NCBI GenBank assembly: GCA_032718475.1
Contig: JAUCBJ010007265.1
Location: forward strand, 5,518 to 69,517
Length of the DNA stretch: 64,000 nucleotides
Source: Nemertoderma westbladi
Taxonomy: Eukaryota > Animalia > Xenacoelomorpha
Reading direction: 5' to 3'
The position numbers were made by a program, and so were the translations under genes. Numbering within the stretch: the first letter of the stretch is position 1; every line of letters begins with the position of its first letter. Of this stretch, positions 11,594 to 24,359 are shown piece after piece. Below the pieces are notes generated by a model. The model did not search any database. It saw only the letters and a list, made by a program, of their open reading frames with translations, and was not told where the DNA came from.

Positions 11594-13188
11594 ATGAAAC
11601 ATGAAATTCGTTTTTAAGGGGCAGTGAAAAGAGACTTCATTATCCGTTATACAAAGTATTTGATCAATCAGCAATTTTTCTCATGTGATGAGGAGACAAA
11701 AACAGGTTGCATTCTTTGTTTGGTATGTTTGAACATAGAGTAGATAGCAAAGCCTACTAAACTAATAAAATTGATAGAAATAACGTACAGTGAGAAATAG
11801 GTGAGGGTATGGGACTATTATTATTTATATAACTGATAGAAATAACGTACAGTGAGAAATAGATTCTTTGACTATAGTATACTGGGTATATACTGAATTA
11901 TTCACACCTACATAAAAGGTTACTCTATCCTTACGCTACCCCTTACGCTACCCCCCCCCCCCCCCCCCCCCATATGTAATCAATTTATAGGACAATATGG
12001 ATGTAAATTACATGGAATATTGAAAGAACTGGACAAATAACCTTTACATGAGGATGTAGTGAGGGACAGGTTGCTATGTCTATCATATACAATATATGCT
12101 TCATAATAACCTGGTATACTCAAATATTGCCAGCTCAATATTGCAGAGCTCAACATAAGAGCAGTGCCTGTAATCATATTTCCATTCATTTCTGTTATTA
12201 TTCAAATTAATTACTACCAGACACAACTGCAATGGGAATTTGATTCCAACTGATAATTACCAGTCCAGTACCAGGCATATTAACATTAATTATTAATTGC
12301 CAATCTGCCAGTCCGCCAGTAAGAGTCAGCTACAACTCCAATAATTTGAAAATTGTACTTGTACCGGTAGCATTAATTATTTAGTTGGCGTTACCATGTG
12401 TAACAGACTGACAGAACAGGTGGTTATTGCAGTATTGTGTGGATGTGCAGTGCACATGATTGCAACTATGCAATCAGGCAATGCAAGGAAAAAATATTAA
12501 ATCAATAACAATTAGAAAGTCATTTCTAGTTAATTACATTTCGTTATATAGGCGAGGTATATGGCGAGGTATATAGAGTATTAAAGTAATATTTTTATTT
12601 ATTTTATATTTATTTATTTATATTTGGTGTAGACTATCTGTAGCAAACTATACCAACAACCGGTACAACAAAATCCCTAATTAACAAATTAACTGTAACC
12701 TCAGAATATGAGAATATATCCAGACCATCCTGGTGCCATTAATATAAGAATGAAGCGAAGGTACTGTAAATGTAGGAATGTGGAAATATGTTTTACATAG
12801 ATCTTAGACCAATATAATAATAAATACCGCTAGGTCGACCTGCAACTAATTATTATTAAACATTGCCACCAATCAACTAATAGGATGTGAATGTCAACAT
12901 ATCGCTACAAGCTAACCAAGTAAGATTAATGGGAGGTTATTGAGTTTGTCTTCCCTGCTTGAACAATGGCTTATCCAATGAGATGCAGTTTGGTGTAACT
13001 AACTAAAGCCAATATGGAGCCCGTTAAACACCCTTCATGGAATAGTGGTAAACCCGATACACAGGGAATACCAATATGGAGTGTCTGTCTATATCCTATT
13101 ATCCTATGTGCTGGTTTATCTGAGGACATATGGGGGGTGAGCTACATAAAAGGTAGGCTTGATGTTAATACCAGGGTGGCCCGGCAGC

Positions 13189-14510
13189 ATATTTACAAAC
13201 CCCATACCGTCTCGACTGAGGCAATGCTATTCAATCTAAAGGAAGAACCAATCAGAGTCCAGCAGATAATATAAATAACTGGTCCTGAGACGGTATGGGG
13301 TTTGGGATTACACCACTGACAAACCAACCCCATACGATTGCGGCACTTTAATAAATAAATAAATTGTGCTATGAATGCTGTGAATGAAAATATAATTAGT
13401 GGGAATATTGCCCTCGGCACATGGCATATGTTATTAGGGGAGATAATAGTGGAACTTTACTATGGTGCTTAATTCATGTTCTTTTATCAAGTAGAAACGG
13501 ATATTTATTTATCGAAGAACAGTGCCTGTGAGTGGAAATTCTCGACAGATATTAATTAAACCATTTCCATTAATTATGGTCGTAAACCTTGCGTAATGCG
13601 ATTCATAACATATCCATATGCGAATATGATGCTTAAAATTCAAATATAATATATGATCTCAATGCATATATTCTTCATTTCCAACGGTGCACCGATTTTT
13701 GCTTTAGTGTAAAATGTTCTGGTGCAGTTCCTGATTTTGATGATATCATACGATTCTAACCCTGTCGCAGCAAAGTGTCAAAAATGTAGGCTATATAGAC
13801 AATCAATCCTGATAATATTTATTATACCTGTGTTCAAGGTAATTATTAAAAATTTTAAATAGAATTTAAGAATAGTATGAAAAATAAATAATAATTTATT
13901 ACAAGTATCGCCCATGTGAAGAATACCAGGATTTCACTTTTCGGTCGACTTTTTATTGGAATTTTATATAGGAAGATTTTTTATTTTTTTAATTTATCTT
14001 TATTAAGTGTTTTATAGCGCTTATTTCTGTCTTATAACCTGTACATATACTATGCGTTTATTGTTTTGGTTAGATTAAGCCTTTCTGTAACTTGTGTTTT
14101 TGGTGAAAACCTGGTATTCTTCACATGGGGGTAACTGCAAAGTGAAATATAACGGCAGAAAGTCTGGTATTCTTCACATGGGCCAAAACCATCTTCATTA
14201 TTATTATATATTTATATTTCCTGCTAATCTACACTCCAATTTGTTTTTTAGTCTGCACGGCACGGCACGCCACGCCCATTGCGCATTGCCCACATACATC
14301 TCCCAAAGTACTTCTTTATTTATTGTATCTTTTCCATTTAATAAGTGCCGACATCGCCTGGGCTGGGGTTTGGATGTGGTATATTCCCAAACCCCATACG
14401 AGTTCACTGAGTGCACTGAGTTCCTTATCACAACTGCTGATCTCTGATTGGTTCTTAGTTCAGGTTGAATTACATTGCCAGTGCCGAGACTGTATGGGGT
14501 TTGTAAATAT
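13189..14510. repeat. Diverged inverted pair (13189-~13355 / ~14335-14510), MITE-like
   Basis: ATATTTACAAACCCCATAC..GTCTCG...AAGAACCAATCAGAG at 13189 matches the reverse complement of 14440-14510; each arm has an internal AAACCCCATAC/GTATGGGGTTT pair. Confidence 0.65.
13911..14129. mobile_element. Small MITE
   Basis: TIR CCCATGTGAAGAATACCAGG / CCTGGTATTCTTCACATGGG; an extra right-TIR copy lies at ~14164-14182. Confidence 0.65.
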
Positions 14511-14969
14511 GGGGCCCGGCGGAATTGGATTTTGGGTGGAGTAATATTGCAAAATGCATAATATATTATCCAATTTAAACACAGCAGCTAAAATTAAAGA
14601 AAAAATGCCAGTTCGGTGTATATTGACTTCAAAACTTAATATAATTTACTCATTCTATAGTCTATATCTATAATCAGCCTGCGGCATTGCTGCTGCACAT
14701 TGAGATGCTATGATGGCTTAATAATAATAGTTTTGTGCCGCCACCATGAAATTTTCAATTGGCTTGCGGTAATGCAGCGTGCATTAAGAATCCTTTACAG
14801 TTCTACCTTGTAAGGGACAGGGTTGCAGTGGTGTGCTTTTATACCGTCAAGCGGGGTGACTTGGATAATTAGAAGGCCTTTAATTGGATGTTTCCATAGC
14901 ACCTTCAGGGGAACTGATTATGGCGGGAGTTTTGGTTTAGTGTAATCTGCTATGATAGAGTGTTCATTT

Positions 14970-15950
14970 CATGTGTGGCTTTTAATATAAATGCTACTTA
15001 AATTATTTATGTAATATTACATATTATTTTATTACCTTTAACAAGGGATGTTACCACATACGTGAAAACAAGTTTTTTGCTCCAATCGTGTCTTTATGAA
15101 TGAAATATTAAAAATTAGAAAGTTTCATGGGTGGCTTTTAATATTACATTCTAGTCAAATTTTTTATATTTCATCAAGACAAAACTTATTTTCATGTATG
15201 TACATAATTGGGTCATAAACATCCTTTGTCAAAGGTAATAATATTTAGTATTACATAAATAGTTAAATAGCATTTAAATTAAAAGCCACCCATGACAATT
15301 TTTTTTTATATTTTATTTATCAAGACATGATTGGAGCAAAAAAACTTGTTTTCATGCATGTGGTTACATCCCTTGTTAAAGGTAATAATATTTAGCATTA
15401 GATAAATAATTAAATAGCATTTAAATTAAAAGCCACCTATGAAAATTTTTTTTTATATTTTATTTATCAAGACATGATTGGAGCAAAAACTTGTTTTCAT
15501 GCATGTGGTTACAGCCCTTGTTAAAGGTAATAATATTTAGTATTAAATAAATAGTTAAATAGCATTTAAATTAAAAGCCACTCATGAAATTTTTTTTTTT
15601 ATATTTTATTTATCAAGACATGATTGGAGCAAAAAAAACTTGTTTTCATGCATGTGGTAACATCTTTTGTTAAAAGTAATAATATTTAGTATTAAATAAA
15701 TAATTAATTAGCACTTAAATTAAAAGCCACCCATGAAATTTTAAAATTTTTATTTGTGTACAATGTGACAGCAATGGAGCAAAATAAACCAGTCAATATG
15801 TTTGGGGAGTAAGTGTTAAAATTTAGTAATATTTAGTATTAAATAATTTCTTAAATAGTATTAATTTAAAAGCCACCCATGAAATATTTTAATTTTTGTC
15901 AATTTTTACGTTAGTGGACCACTAAGCTCAAAAAAATTGTTTTCATGCAC
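14970..15950. repeat. ~147-bp tandem repeat (~5 units, 15230-15890) with an inverted unit at 14970-15140
   Basis: AAAGGTAATAATATTTAG..TTAAAAGCCACCCATGA..GATTGGAGCAAAA recurs at ~146-148-bp spacing; the reverse complement lies to the left. Confidence 0.85.
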
Positions 15951-16039
15951 GGGGTCCAAACTTTTCCAAAAACCCAGTTAAGCCCCACTGTAATCCCAGC
16001 TTGTCAACAAAGTGGTGCACCACAACACCGTACCCCATG

Positions 16040-16555
16040 ACTTTCGCAAGACTATCTGCATCTTAAAGGCCAGTATCCTTTAAAAGGCGTCTCACAAAAG
16101 TCATGGGCTGTCCGCCATGCCTATTTTCTCCATGGGGCTGCCAAAGTAAAAGATTGTGCACAGGCAGGTCCTCATGGTGAAAACACTGTCCTGCAAAGTG
16201 GAGGTGGCTTTGTTCTAGTGTCAAGCTTGGGGAAACCAATGAGACACCTCCAATGTTATATCGTGTCTGGTTGGAGATATGTGCATTTTACTTGACATAG
16301 TGAAATAGTGAACCCGATGTAGCATTCTTGTGAATATGCCATCCAGATAATTGGCGTCATCAGCAGTTAGACCCCAGCATGAACTCCCATAGAGGAGTAC
16401 TGGAACTACTTCTTCTCTAATGCTGCCTATGCCTTTTCCTTTTTCGAAGGTCCTCACATGACTTCCAGATCCATGATCCCAGGTAACAGAAGTTGTCCAT
16501 GTCTCCATGTCCAAGTTAACTGTCAAAATTTCGGTCTTCTTGGAGTTAACAAACG
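16040..16555 (-). mobile_element. RTE-clade LINE remnant (ORF2 C-terminal)
   Basis: VVPVLLYGSSCWGLT...LDGIFTRMLHRV; nucleotide similarity to the RTE copy at 50240-50430. Confidence 0.75.
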
Positions 16556-16929
16556 CTAATGGTTACGCTTATGGTTAATGCTAACGCTCACGAGCCTTCT
16601 GGTCTCCTCTACTCGCTCGTTGCTGCTTCGTCGATCGACCTCGCCCCATGAAATGACTCAACGGTGATTTCGGTCTACATGGGCTAGGACTCCTGCGATG
16701 GGTTTTCTGCGGTTCTTGAACGCTAGGAAAAGGAACGACTGGCGTCTGACAAAGTCGTTGTGTGCTCAAACCAAGCAATCCTCATCCAACTCCAGGTGTG
16801 TCTAATCGGATCGAATTTGGATGGAGTTTCGATAACGCTTTGAGGGAGTATGGGAAGCGGAATCGAACTATCTGCTGACACCTTACTCTCATTATTATTA
16901 TTCAGTTCATTATTCGGTTATTATTCAGA

Positions 16930-18280
16930 AGATAAATTTAATAGTGAATTCTCTAACCTAAAAAAATCACCATCGCTATCCATTTTTTAGCTTGAACTGT
17001 AGGAGTCTTATCATCCAATTTATCCGCTATAACTGATGTATTATTGACCATCAAATCTCAATTTGACATTCTGACATTCACTGAAACCTTTGCAAGTGAC
17101 GACGACTGTATTGACCCTATAAAACTGGACAAATGCGGCTCTGCTGACCCCTTTCTAGACAACAGGACCACTGGTAAACTCCACAGAGGTGGCGCCGCGA
17201 TTTATGTAAATAAATCACTTGACACGACCGAGCGGGTTGACCTAAAAATGCCGGGCCTTGAAAATTCATGGATCCAAGCCTCCCGCCCAAACTCAAAACC
17301 ACTTATAATAGGCTCTATATACCGCCCCGATCCAGTCCATCTTGATACTTTTCTCCCTAGTCTAGAAACTACATTAAAGATTCTAACTGACCACAAATAC
17401 GATGTAATAATTACAGGTGATTTTAACATAGATCTACTAAAAGCGATGGAACTCAAGCCCAAACAATATATAGATTAAATTAATTCATATGGTTTCGTTC
17501 AGCTTATTAATCAACCCCCACGTGTAACTCCTTATTCCGAAAGTCTTATCGATCATATTATTACTAACATTACTACTTCATTCTCCTCGTCAGGTGTTTT
17601 TCAATTAAAAATAGGCACTACAGATCACTTTCCGACCTTCTTTTCTTTATTCAGTTCACTTTAATCCCCAAATAAACCGCACTGTCCTCTCGACTCTCTT
17701 GACCTTTCAAAATTTAACTCTCCAAAATTTTTGCGAGATATGAAATCACCATCTTCGTGGTCGTACTCATCACCAAATATATAAGAAAAATTTGTGTTTC
17801 TATAGCAACCTATCGGATATATGTACTAAACATATTACAAAAAAACAATCCCCACCCATAAAGTGCCGCGTAAACCTTGGATGACCAATAATTTAATAAA
17901 TTGCACAATTAAAAAAAATAAATTGTATAAGGCTTATATTAAGTGTCACCATCGGAGTCCAACCATAGAAAGTACAAAATTTATAGGAATCAATTGACCT
18001 CAACTTTACGTTCAGCTGAGTAAACTTATTATTCAACGCAATTCAAACAAAACAGTAATAACCCTCGTAAAACTTGGATAATTATAAATAGCGCACTCAA
18101 TAAATCTACTAAATTAGCTACACCTAAAAAAATTAATATTCGTTCAGGCAGTGCTACAGAAACAGTTACTGATCCAACGCGTATTGCAACCATCTTGAAT
18201 AAGCACTTTTCTTCTATTGGTCCTACGCTGGCCAATGAAATCCCTCGGTCTATACGCTCACCACTTAGGCACATTAAAAA
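16930..18280 (+). mobile_element. CR1/L2-group LINE ORF2 endonuclease region, decayed, truncated before RT
   Basis: SLNCRSL, FDILTFTETF, GGAAIYV, IIGSIYRP, IITGDFNIDLL, SLIDHIITN, TDHFP, KPWMT, NKHFSSIGPTLA. Confidence 0.85.
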
Positions 18281-18699
18281 TAGCAGATCTAATTGGATAG
18301 TACTGTACTCGATCTGTACTCGAATCTGGACCGAACTGGACCGAACTGAACCGAACTGGATCGAAAGAGTGGCGAACTGGACCGAACTGCACCGCCAAAG
18401 GAAAGATAATCTAAAAACAACCATCCATGCAAACAGGTGAAAATTAATATTGAATTTCATTTGGTCTTTTCATACATTATATATTTAGTTGCTTATAAGA
18501 TGTCGCTAAATTAAGATTATTTACTTCACATAAAACACTGCTGTACTGCTTTTACCAGTAGGCCTACCGGTAGCAGGTATCTGGGTTTATAGATTGCAGT
18601 ATTTTGCGTACCGGTAGTTGTGTTCAACTGTGAACTGTTCAATGCAGCAATGAAAGCAGTAATGTTTGATTATATTTTCTGCACGGGGTCAGTCGGATC

Positions 18700-21600
18700 G
18701 TAATGCGGGCCACTGCCGAGTTTCTTACTCCATACTCCGAGCATGGAGTGCGGCGGGAAGAGTCAGACTTACGTCGACGTCGACGAGGAATGCGATGCGA
18801 TCTGGATTTAGCGGCGGACCGGATCGCCTTGGGGGAGGGCTGAACGGCTGCGTCTGACAGACGTGTATTGCACCAGATAACAGGATTACATTCTCTGCGG
18901 CGCGAAAGTGGGAGTCCAATTCCAATTCAATAAATCGAATTGGGTCGGAAGTGCCTTCCGGTGTCACTGGCCAACATTGAAATGCTGTGAGGTGGTTCGA
19001 CATCCTTTGGATCTATGGGTAGGCTCGCAAACCTTCCGAGATCCTTGACCAGTGTCAAAACATTGTGGGGTGGCTCGACGATCTTTGGATCTATGGGTAG
19101 ACTTGCAAGCCTTCCGAGAAACTCATTTGTCCTTGATACATCCACCATGTCAACCCTTTGGTCTTTGGTAGTCGATACGACCTGTCTCGCTGCAAGTAGC
19201 TGTAAGGTAGAGGTTTGTATGGTCTCGTCTAAGTCAGTCACGTCTGTGTCTGTAGTGACACAAGTCTGTTGGTGTACTGACTGTACAATAGGACCACAAG
19301 AATGTGAGGGAGAATTCATTAAAGTGATAGTTCATAAACTACACGTACTTAGTACATCATCATCATGGTCAATTACCTCTAGTGAACACACATGCGACCT
19401 CGTATACCAACCTATGGGAGTTCTACAAGCGTAAGGGTTGCCCACTGTTACTACAGATGGGCGTGTCTCCCATACTTGATGCAAGTTGAACTGGTCTGTC
19501 CCAATCAACATCGTGATAGAGCGATAGTTCACTGGACATTCTGGTATTCCGAGATGTCGGAAATACTTACAATCTTCCGGTGAATGCTCTGGCACAGGAC
19601 CAAGTAAATTACTAAAATCCTTTGTTGCCGCAAATGTAAGATTTCTTACTGGAAGTAACGAGCACTCCTCCTTACTGTGCTCCGCCTTAGAAAGAAGGGT
19701 ATCCAAGGTTAACTTTACCCTTGTAACGGGTATCGGTTTCCGTTTATTATTCAATTATTCCCGTACTGAGGATGCCGATACTATTTTCGTGGCAAATAGA
19801 GTTAACAATTTTAAAGCTATTTTATGTTCAAACATTTACTCGCTATATCACCGTGTACATAATTCTACTAATTCTATAATTGAAGCATGTTACTCAACTA
19901 TTCTTCATTTTCCATTCTCAACTACTCAACTACTCAACGATTCTTCTATATTAATTGACCGATGGGTGTTACTGTTAGGTAATTCAATCGCGTCCGCTTG
20001 AGGATTAATATTTATTTACCACGTTGTGTTTGTGATTACATAAATATAATATGTAAAGTAATCAATAATTGTGCTATTATGTAGGTAGTCATATATATAT
20101 ATATATGGGCCATGGCCCGGTTTCATAAATTAAATTAAATATAGTACTTACCTACTTACCTTACCTGCTAAAATCAGAGATGAATTTGATCGTGGCTGTG
20201 TAACGGAATCCGGTATAACAAACCTGTTACTTTGAGTCGCACGCACAGGTGATATTTCTTTCGGCTTCGCAACTATAATAATAGGCTTTACTGGAGTCGT
20301 CGACTTGAGCATAGGAATAACTTGTGGAAACCGCTGACAATAGTCCTCGACGAATTCCTACCCCCGCTCCAACACTCCTATACTTCCTTCTTCTATTCGC
20401 TTCTTGATTCCGCGATAGCGAGTCTCTAAGCGATCCAAAGCAGATAAATCGTGTCCAGCTCGAGATCTTATGGATCTATCTCTCGCGTCGAGTTCGAGGT
20501 ACTCCTGAGCATTCACCAACTCTCGCGATCTGTGATTTAGTTCGAACTGGAGTTGTATCTCTCATTCGCATAGGTCGGTCTCCTGTTGTTGCGCCGCTAA
20601 CTCCGCTTCCTGTACGGCCAAACGAGCTTTTATTTGTTGTACTTCTAGCTCGGCTCGAGTGTCAGATGCCACCTTTTTTTGCGCTAACTCGTCAGCTTTC
20701 TGTCGCGCTAACTTGTCTGCTTTCTGTCGCGCTAATGCCAACTCATTCACTTTCTGTCGAGCTATATCTTCTGTTTTCTGTCGCGCTAACTCCAACTCGC
20801 CTGCTTTCTGTCGAACAAACTCTTCTACTTTCTGTCACGGTAACTCAGCTGAAGCTGTCTGTCGCGCTATATCCTCCTCCAATCTCCGCATCTCCGATGC
20901 TTCAAATTCGGCTTGGGCCTGGAGTTGAGCAATTTTCGCTACGTCCTCCCTACGTTGTCTCTCTCCCTCGACAGCAGCCAGTGCTGTCAGTAGTTGTGCC
21001 TCCTCTTCTGCAACTTGTTGTTGGTGTGCAGTCTCCTGTTGCTGCCGAGTAATCACTGACACTGGCCGACTAACGTCACCAGTCTCGCTTTGTAGGCTGA
21101 CGAACGATCTATCCATGTGTGGGTTTTGGTAGGCTCGCGAGCCTTCTGTAGTGAGAACTCCTGTCGTTTCTCCCGGTACAACCTCCGGTTCATCAATCAG
21201 TACACCGTAACTACAGAGAAAGTCAGTAAGTGCTTCTAGCTTCCCATTCAGATAGTATAGTTCTTCGGGTTGTAACAAGACAGACTGACTCACCTAACAG
21301 TTGATCGAGTTGTTCCCTTTGGGTCGATTTTACAACCAACTTAAACTGAATGAGACTTTCCCTAGTACTTACCAATTTATTTATTATTTTGAGCTGGGTA
21401 AAATTGTCGCCATGTAACTCCGCTAATTCATGTAAACTTCGGAGTTTATTTACGGAGGTATGTACCCTACTTTCTACTCTTACCTGTAGGGCATAAAACT
21501 CATATCTCGACATCGGAGCCGTTAATTCGCACATGATGCAAAAACCTTCTCCAATATTTTGAGTAATTTGAGCCATATGTCCTATGCTCCTAATAATGTT

Positions 21601-22110
21601 CTTCTGGCTTCCAGTCAAACTTACCATGTCCTGTCCGGTTCCCGCGATCTGGTTTGCGGGATGATAAGGAAGTCTTCAGTTCTACCGTCGCCTCGTGCTA
21701 CAGCTTCCGGTATTTCCATTGGCAGTACCAGCGACATACGCGGTATGACATTGGCAGAATTGCGAGTCCTCCTTCTGGGTTCGTCTTCTGTTGATCTGTC
21801 TGCGTCACATGAGTCATAGTCGGTAGGTGGGTTTCTTGCAGAGTGTTGTGTGTCACTCATGTCGGTAATTAAATACGCCAAGTACAGATAATAATAATTA
21901 TCAAATGTCAAATGTCGAAATGTCAAACTTACCTTGGTATATATATATATACCAGAACCGGTACAAATAATATCTCAGAATAGTATATAATAATAATTGA
22001 TAATTTAGCCTACCGGCTAAATCTGTACCAATAAGTGGGATAGCGGTTTACACTATCAAAATAAATCAACAAGTACGAGTACAAGTACAATAAGTAAATC
22101 AACGAACTTC
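18700..22110 (-). mobile_element. Decayed BEL/Pao LTR-retrotransposon internal region (gag-like coiled coil + protease-adjacent region)
   Basis: ITMLIGTD...NPYACRTPIGW (19332-19754) matches the post-protease BEL motif also seen in the other two elements; 33-bp ELARQK coiled-coil repeats at 20660-20870; fragmented gag-like ORFs. Confidence 0.65.
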
Positions 22111-22117
22111 CGGACGT

Positions 22118-22577
22118 TAGTGTCCCTATCTACGTCAATCTCCTCGCCCCTCTCGGGCATCGTCTCCCCGAATACTACCCGTGGTGCCGTCCCCGGTTGC
22201 TCGCCCAACCTGATAGTGCTCCCCGCGAAATCCATCGCCAGCTCCTCGTGCACCCAGGCCCACTTGCCGGGTCTATCCCAGAAGGCCCTCGCCCCACTGG
22301 CCATCACCACCCTCCCGCCAACCCAGTCCGTGTCCGAGTGGCCGATCCTCCCGATGGGCGGCTTCTCTCCGTACTCGTCGTCATCTTCGTCCTCCTCTGG
22401 CAGTGGCTCCAACCCCGGTATCCCGGTGGACCCACTATGTCCCTTCCCGCCTTGGCTCTCGCCCGTAGCTCTCCATCCCTCTAGCTCCCCTAGCTTCCTT
22501 AGCGGCTGGTCGCCCTCGGCGCCCGCTGGTATGGGCGTCGCTTGCAATCCCGACGTCGACTGTTTCGGTGATCCCAC
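22118..22577 (-). CDS. Possible fourth ORF (Gly/acidic-rich, unknown function), truncated at junction
   Basis: Open frame with the same purine-rich composition as the element; acidic patch EEDEDDDE; composition changes abruptly near 22117. Confidence 0.35.
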
Positions 22578-22597
22578 CGTCCATCCCAGTTCTCACC

Positions 22598-23893
22598 CTA
22601 GAGACTCCCCCGAACTCCCTGACGAAGTCCAACGAAGTTCGTCCTAGCCCGCCTGTTCCTCGAAGCCGTAGCTCTGCGCCCTGGCTTCCTCCTCCCTTTC
22701 CTCTGCTTCTCTCCTCTCCCGTCTAGTGACTTCTTCCAGTCGCTTCGCCTCTCGTCTATCTCTAGCTGCTCCCATCTCTGATACGGCGTATCTATCTCCC
22801 CGTCTACCAGATGTCGGCTGTTGTAGTACACCGACTCGCCCTTCAGCCCCGGGTGGTCTACCAGACCCACGAAAGCCGTCTTAAAGGCTCTTCTGTAGTT
22901 TAGGGGTGATCCCGATAATAGGAATGCCGCTGGTTCCCTCTCGATAACCACGGTCATGAATAGGTTAAGCAAACCTATCATTATCCACTCCTCCTGCAGG
23001 ATATATCGCTTCTGATATACCTTTATCGCTCCTCTTCGGAATTGATACACCTCTTGTTTTCCCGGCCTCGCTCTCCACTTCAGCGAGTTCGCTAATTCTG
23101 CTCCGTACTCTTCTCTGAACTTCCCCCAGTCCATTGGTTTGTGACATACGAACCCCAATAGCTGGCCCATCGCCACCGCTCCGCAATGGCCTGTGTTCTC
23201 GACTAGTCCCAACCCGTCTGGTGCTGTCATAGCCATGAAGACCGTCTGCATATCCAGGAGGTTGGGGGTGTCCGGACCGATGATTCTCTCCGCGTCATCG
23301 CGAATCGCCGATCCCACTTTCGTTGTCGACTTCTCTCTCACTAGGACTTGCACCGCCCTCGGCAACCGGTTTAACTTCGGCCCGTCCTTCTTCCCATACG
23401 TTCCCAGGTCAAATAGGAAAATATCCCCATTTGGTGCGGCCAAATGTAGGAGTATGGTTCTGGCCAATCCCGCCGATCCTCTCCTTGAACCCTCCTCGTC
23501 TTCCACGGTCCCTTCGTCGTCTAGGATCATGTATCCTCCCCTGCTGACGGACTCTACGAACCTCTTCCAATCTTTCCTTGGCGACTCTCTCGCGTACTTC
23601 GGAATCCCGAACTTCGCCTCGTCTCCTTTCACCATGTAGTGGAAATGCTCAAAGATCACGTTGTCCAGCGACGGCGTCCCGTAGGTCCCGACCAGCCGCT
23701 GTTCGTGCACCTCCCTAAAGTGGTCCTGTAGCGCTCGCGCTGCGTGACCCTTTTCTAACCGCTCGTAGTATCCCCTTGTCCTCTCTTCCGGATGCCTCTT
23801 GGTGAAATCCACCAGTATCTCCTTTCCTCCTAGCTCCGCCTTTCTCTTTCGCACAAGTTTGCTTGCCATCTCGAACTCTGCCCGATCGCTCAC
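22598..23893 (-). CDS. Extra ORF3: DEDDy (WRN/EXD2/RNase D-like) 3'-5' exonuclease-domain protein with basic C-terminus
   Basis: ExoI MILDDEG; ILLHLAAPNGDIFLFDL; LPRAVQVLVREKSTTKVGSAIRDD (ExoII); NLLDMQ; ExoIII-like YQKRYILQE; first ATG at 23869 in GAGATGG context; uninterrupted 431 codons. Confidence 0.75.
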   Translation of the reverse strand: MSDRAEFEMASKLVRKRKAELGGKEILVDFTKRHPEERTRGYYERLEKGHAARALQDHFREVHEQRLVGTYGTPSLDNVIFEHFHYMVKGDEAKFGIPKYARESPRKDWKRFVESVSRGGYMILDDEGTVEDEEGSRRGSAGLARTILLHLAAPNGDIFLFDLGTYGKKDGPKLNRLPRAVQVLVREKSTTKVGSAIRDDAERIIGPDTPNLLDMQTVFMAMTAPDGLGLVENTGHCGAVAMGQLLGFVCHKPMDWGKFREEYGAELANSLKWRARPGKQEVYQFRRGAIKVYQKRYILQEEWIMIGLLNLFMTVVIEREPAAFLLSGSPLNYRRAFKTAFVGLVDHPGLKGESVYYNSRHLVDGEIDTPYQRWEQLEIDERRSDWKKSLDGRGEKQRKGRRKPGRRATASRNRRARTNFVGLRQGVRGSL

Positions 23894-24359
23894 CCTTTGG
23901 GTGGTGCCTTACCAAGGCGCTATAGGATGAGTGATAGGTTTAGATGGTTTATTTCAGTTCGATGGCCTATCTCTCTCTGAATTTCTGAGTTATCGCTTAT
24001 TCTTTACACTACTTAATTATGAAGCTACTAAATGTACCCTAAATCGCAATTTTGTCCGTTACTTTAATTATATTCCAGAATTTCCTTTTCCACTGTTACC
24101 ATAATTTGCTAATTTTCAGCCCTATTCTTATTTTATTTTTAATTTAATTTTAATTCTACTGTCCTACTACTTACTATCACCTATGGATTATTCTATTTTA
24201 TAATCCACATTCTGGCCTATTCTGTGGGACCTGTGCAGTACAACAGTATGCGTCGCGTGGCCACACGATTTATCCAGCTGTACTCATATGCCCCCCTCTC
24301 GCTACTCACTACTGACTAATATCTATACTATATATACCCTTCTACCTCTATCTCTTACT

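Noticed and set aside
16581-16778. 65-aa basic ORF
   Set aside because: No recognisable motif; probably a TE fragment, origin unassigned.
18029-18460. ORFs with WTEL/SVQF repeats
   Set aside because: They read through the LINE truncation into a GAACTGGACC microrepeat.
22598-23893. env gene
   Set aside because: No evident signal peptide, Cys-rich ectodomain or C-terminal anchor; exonuclease motifs fit better.
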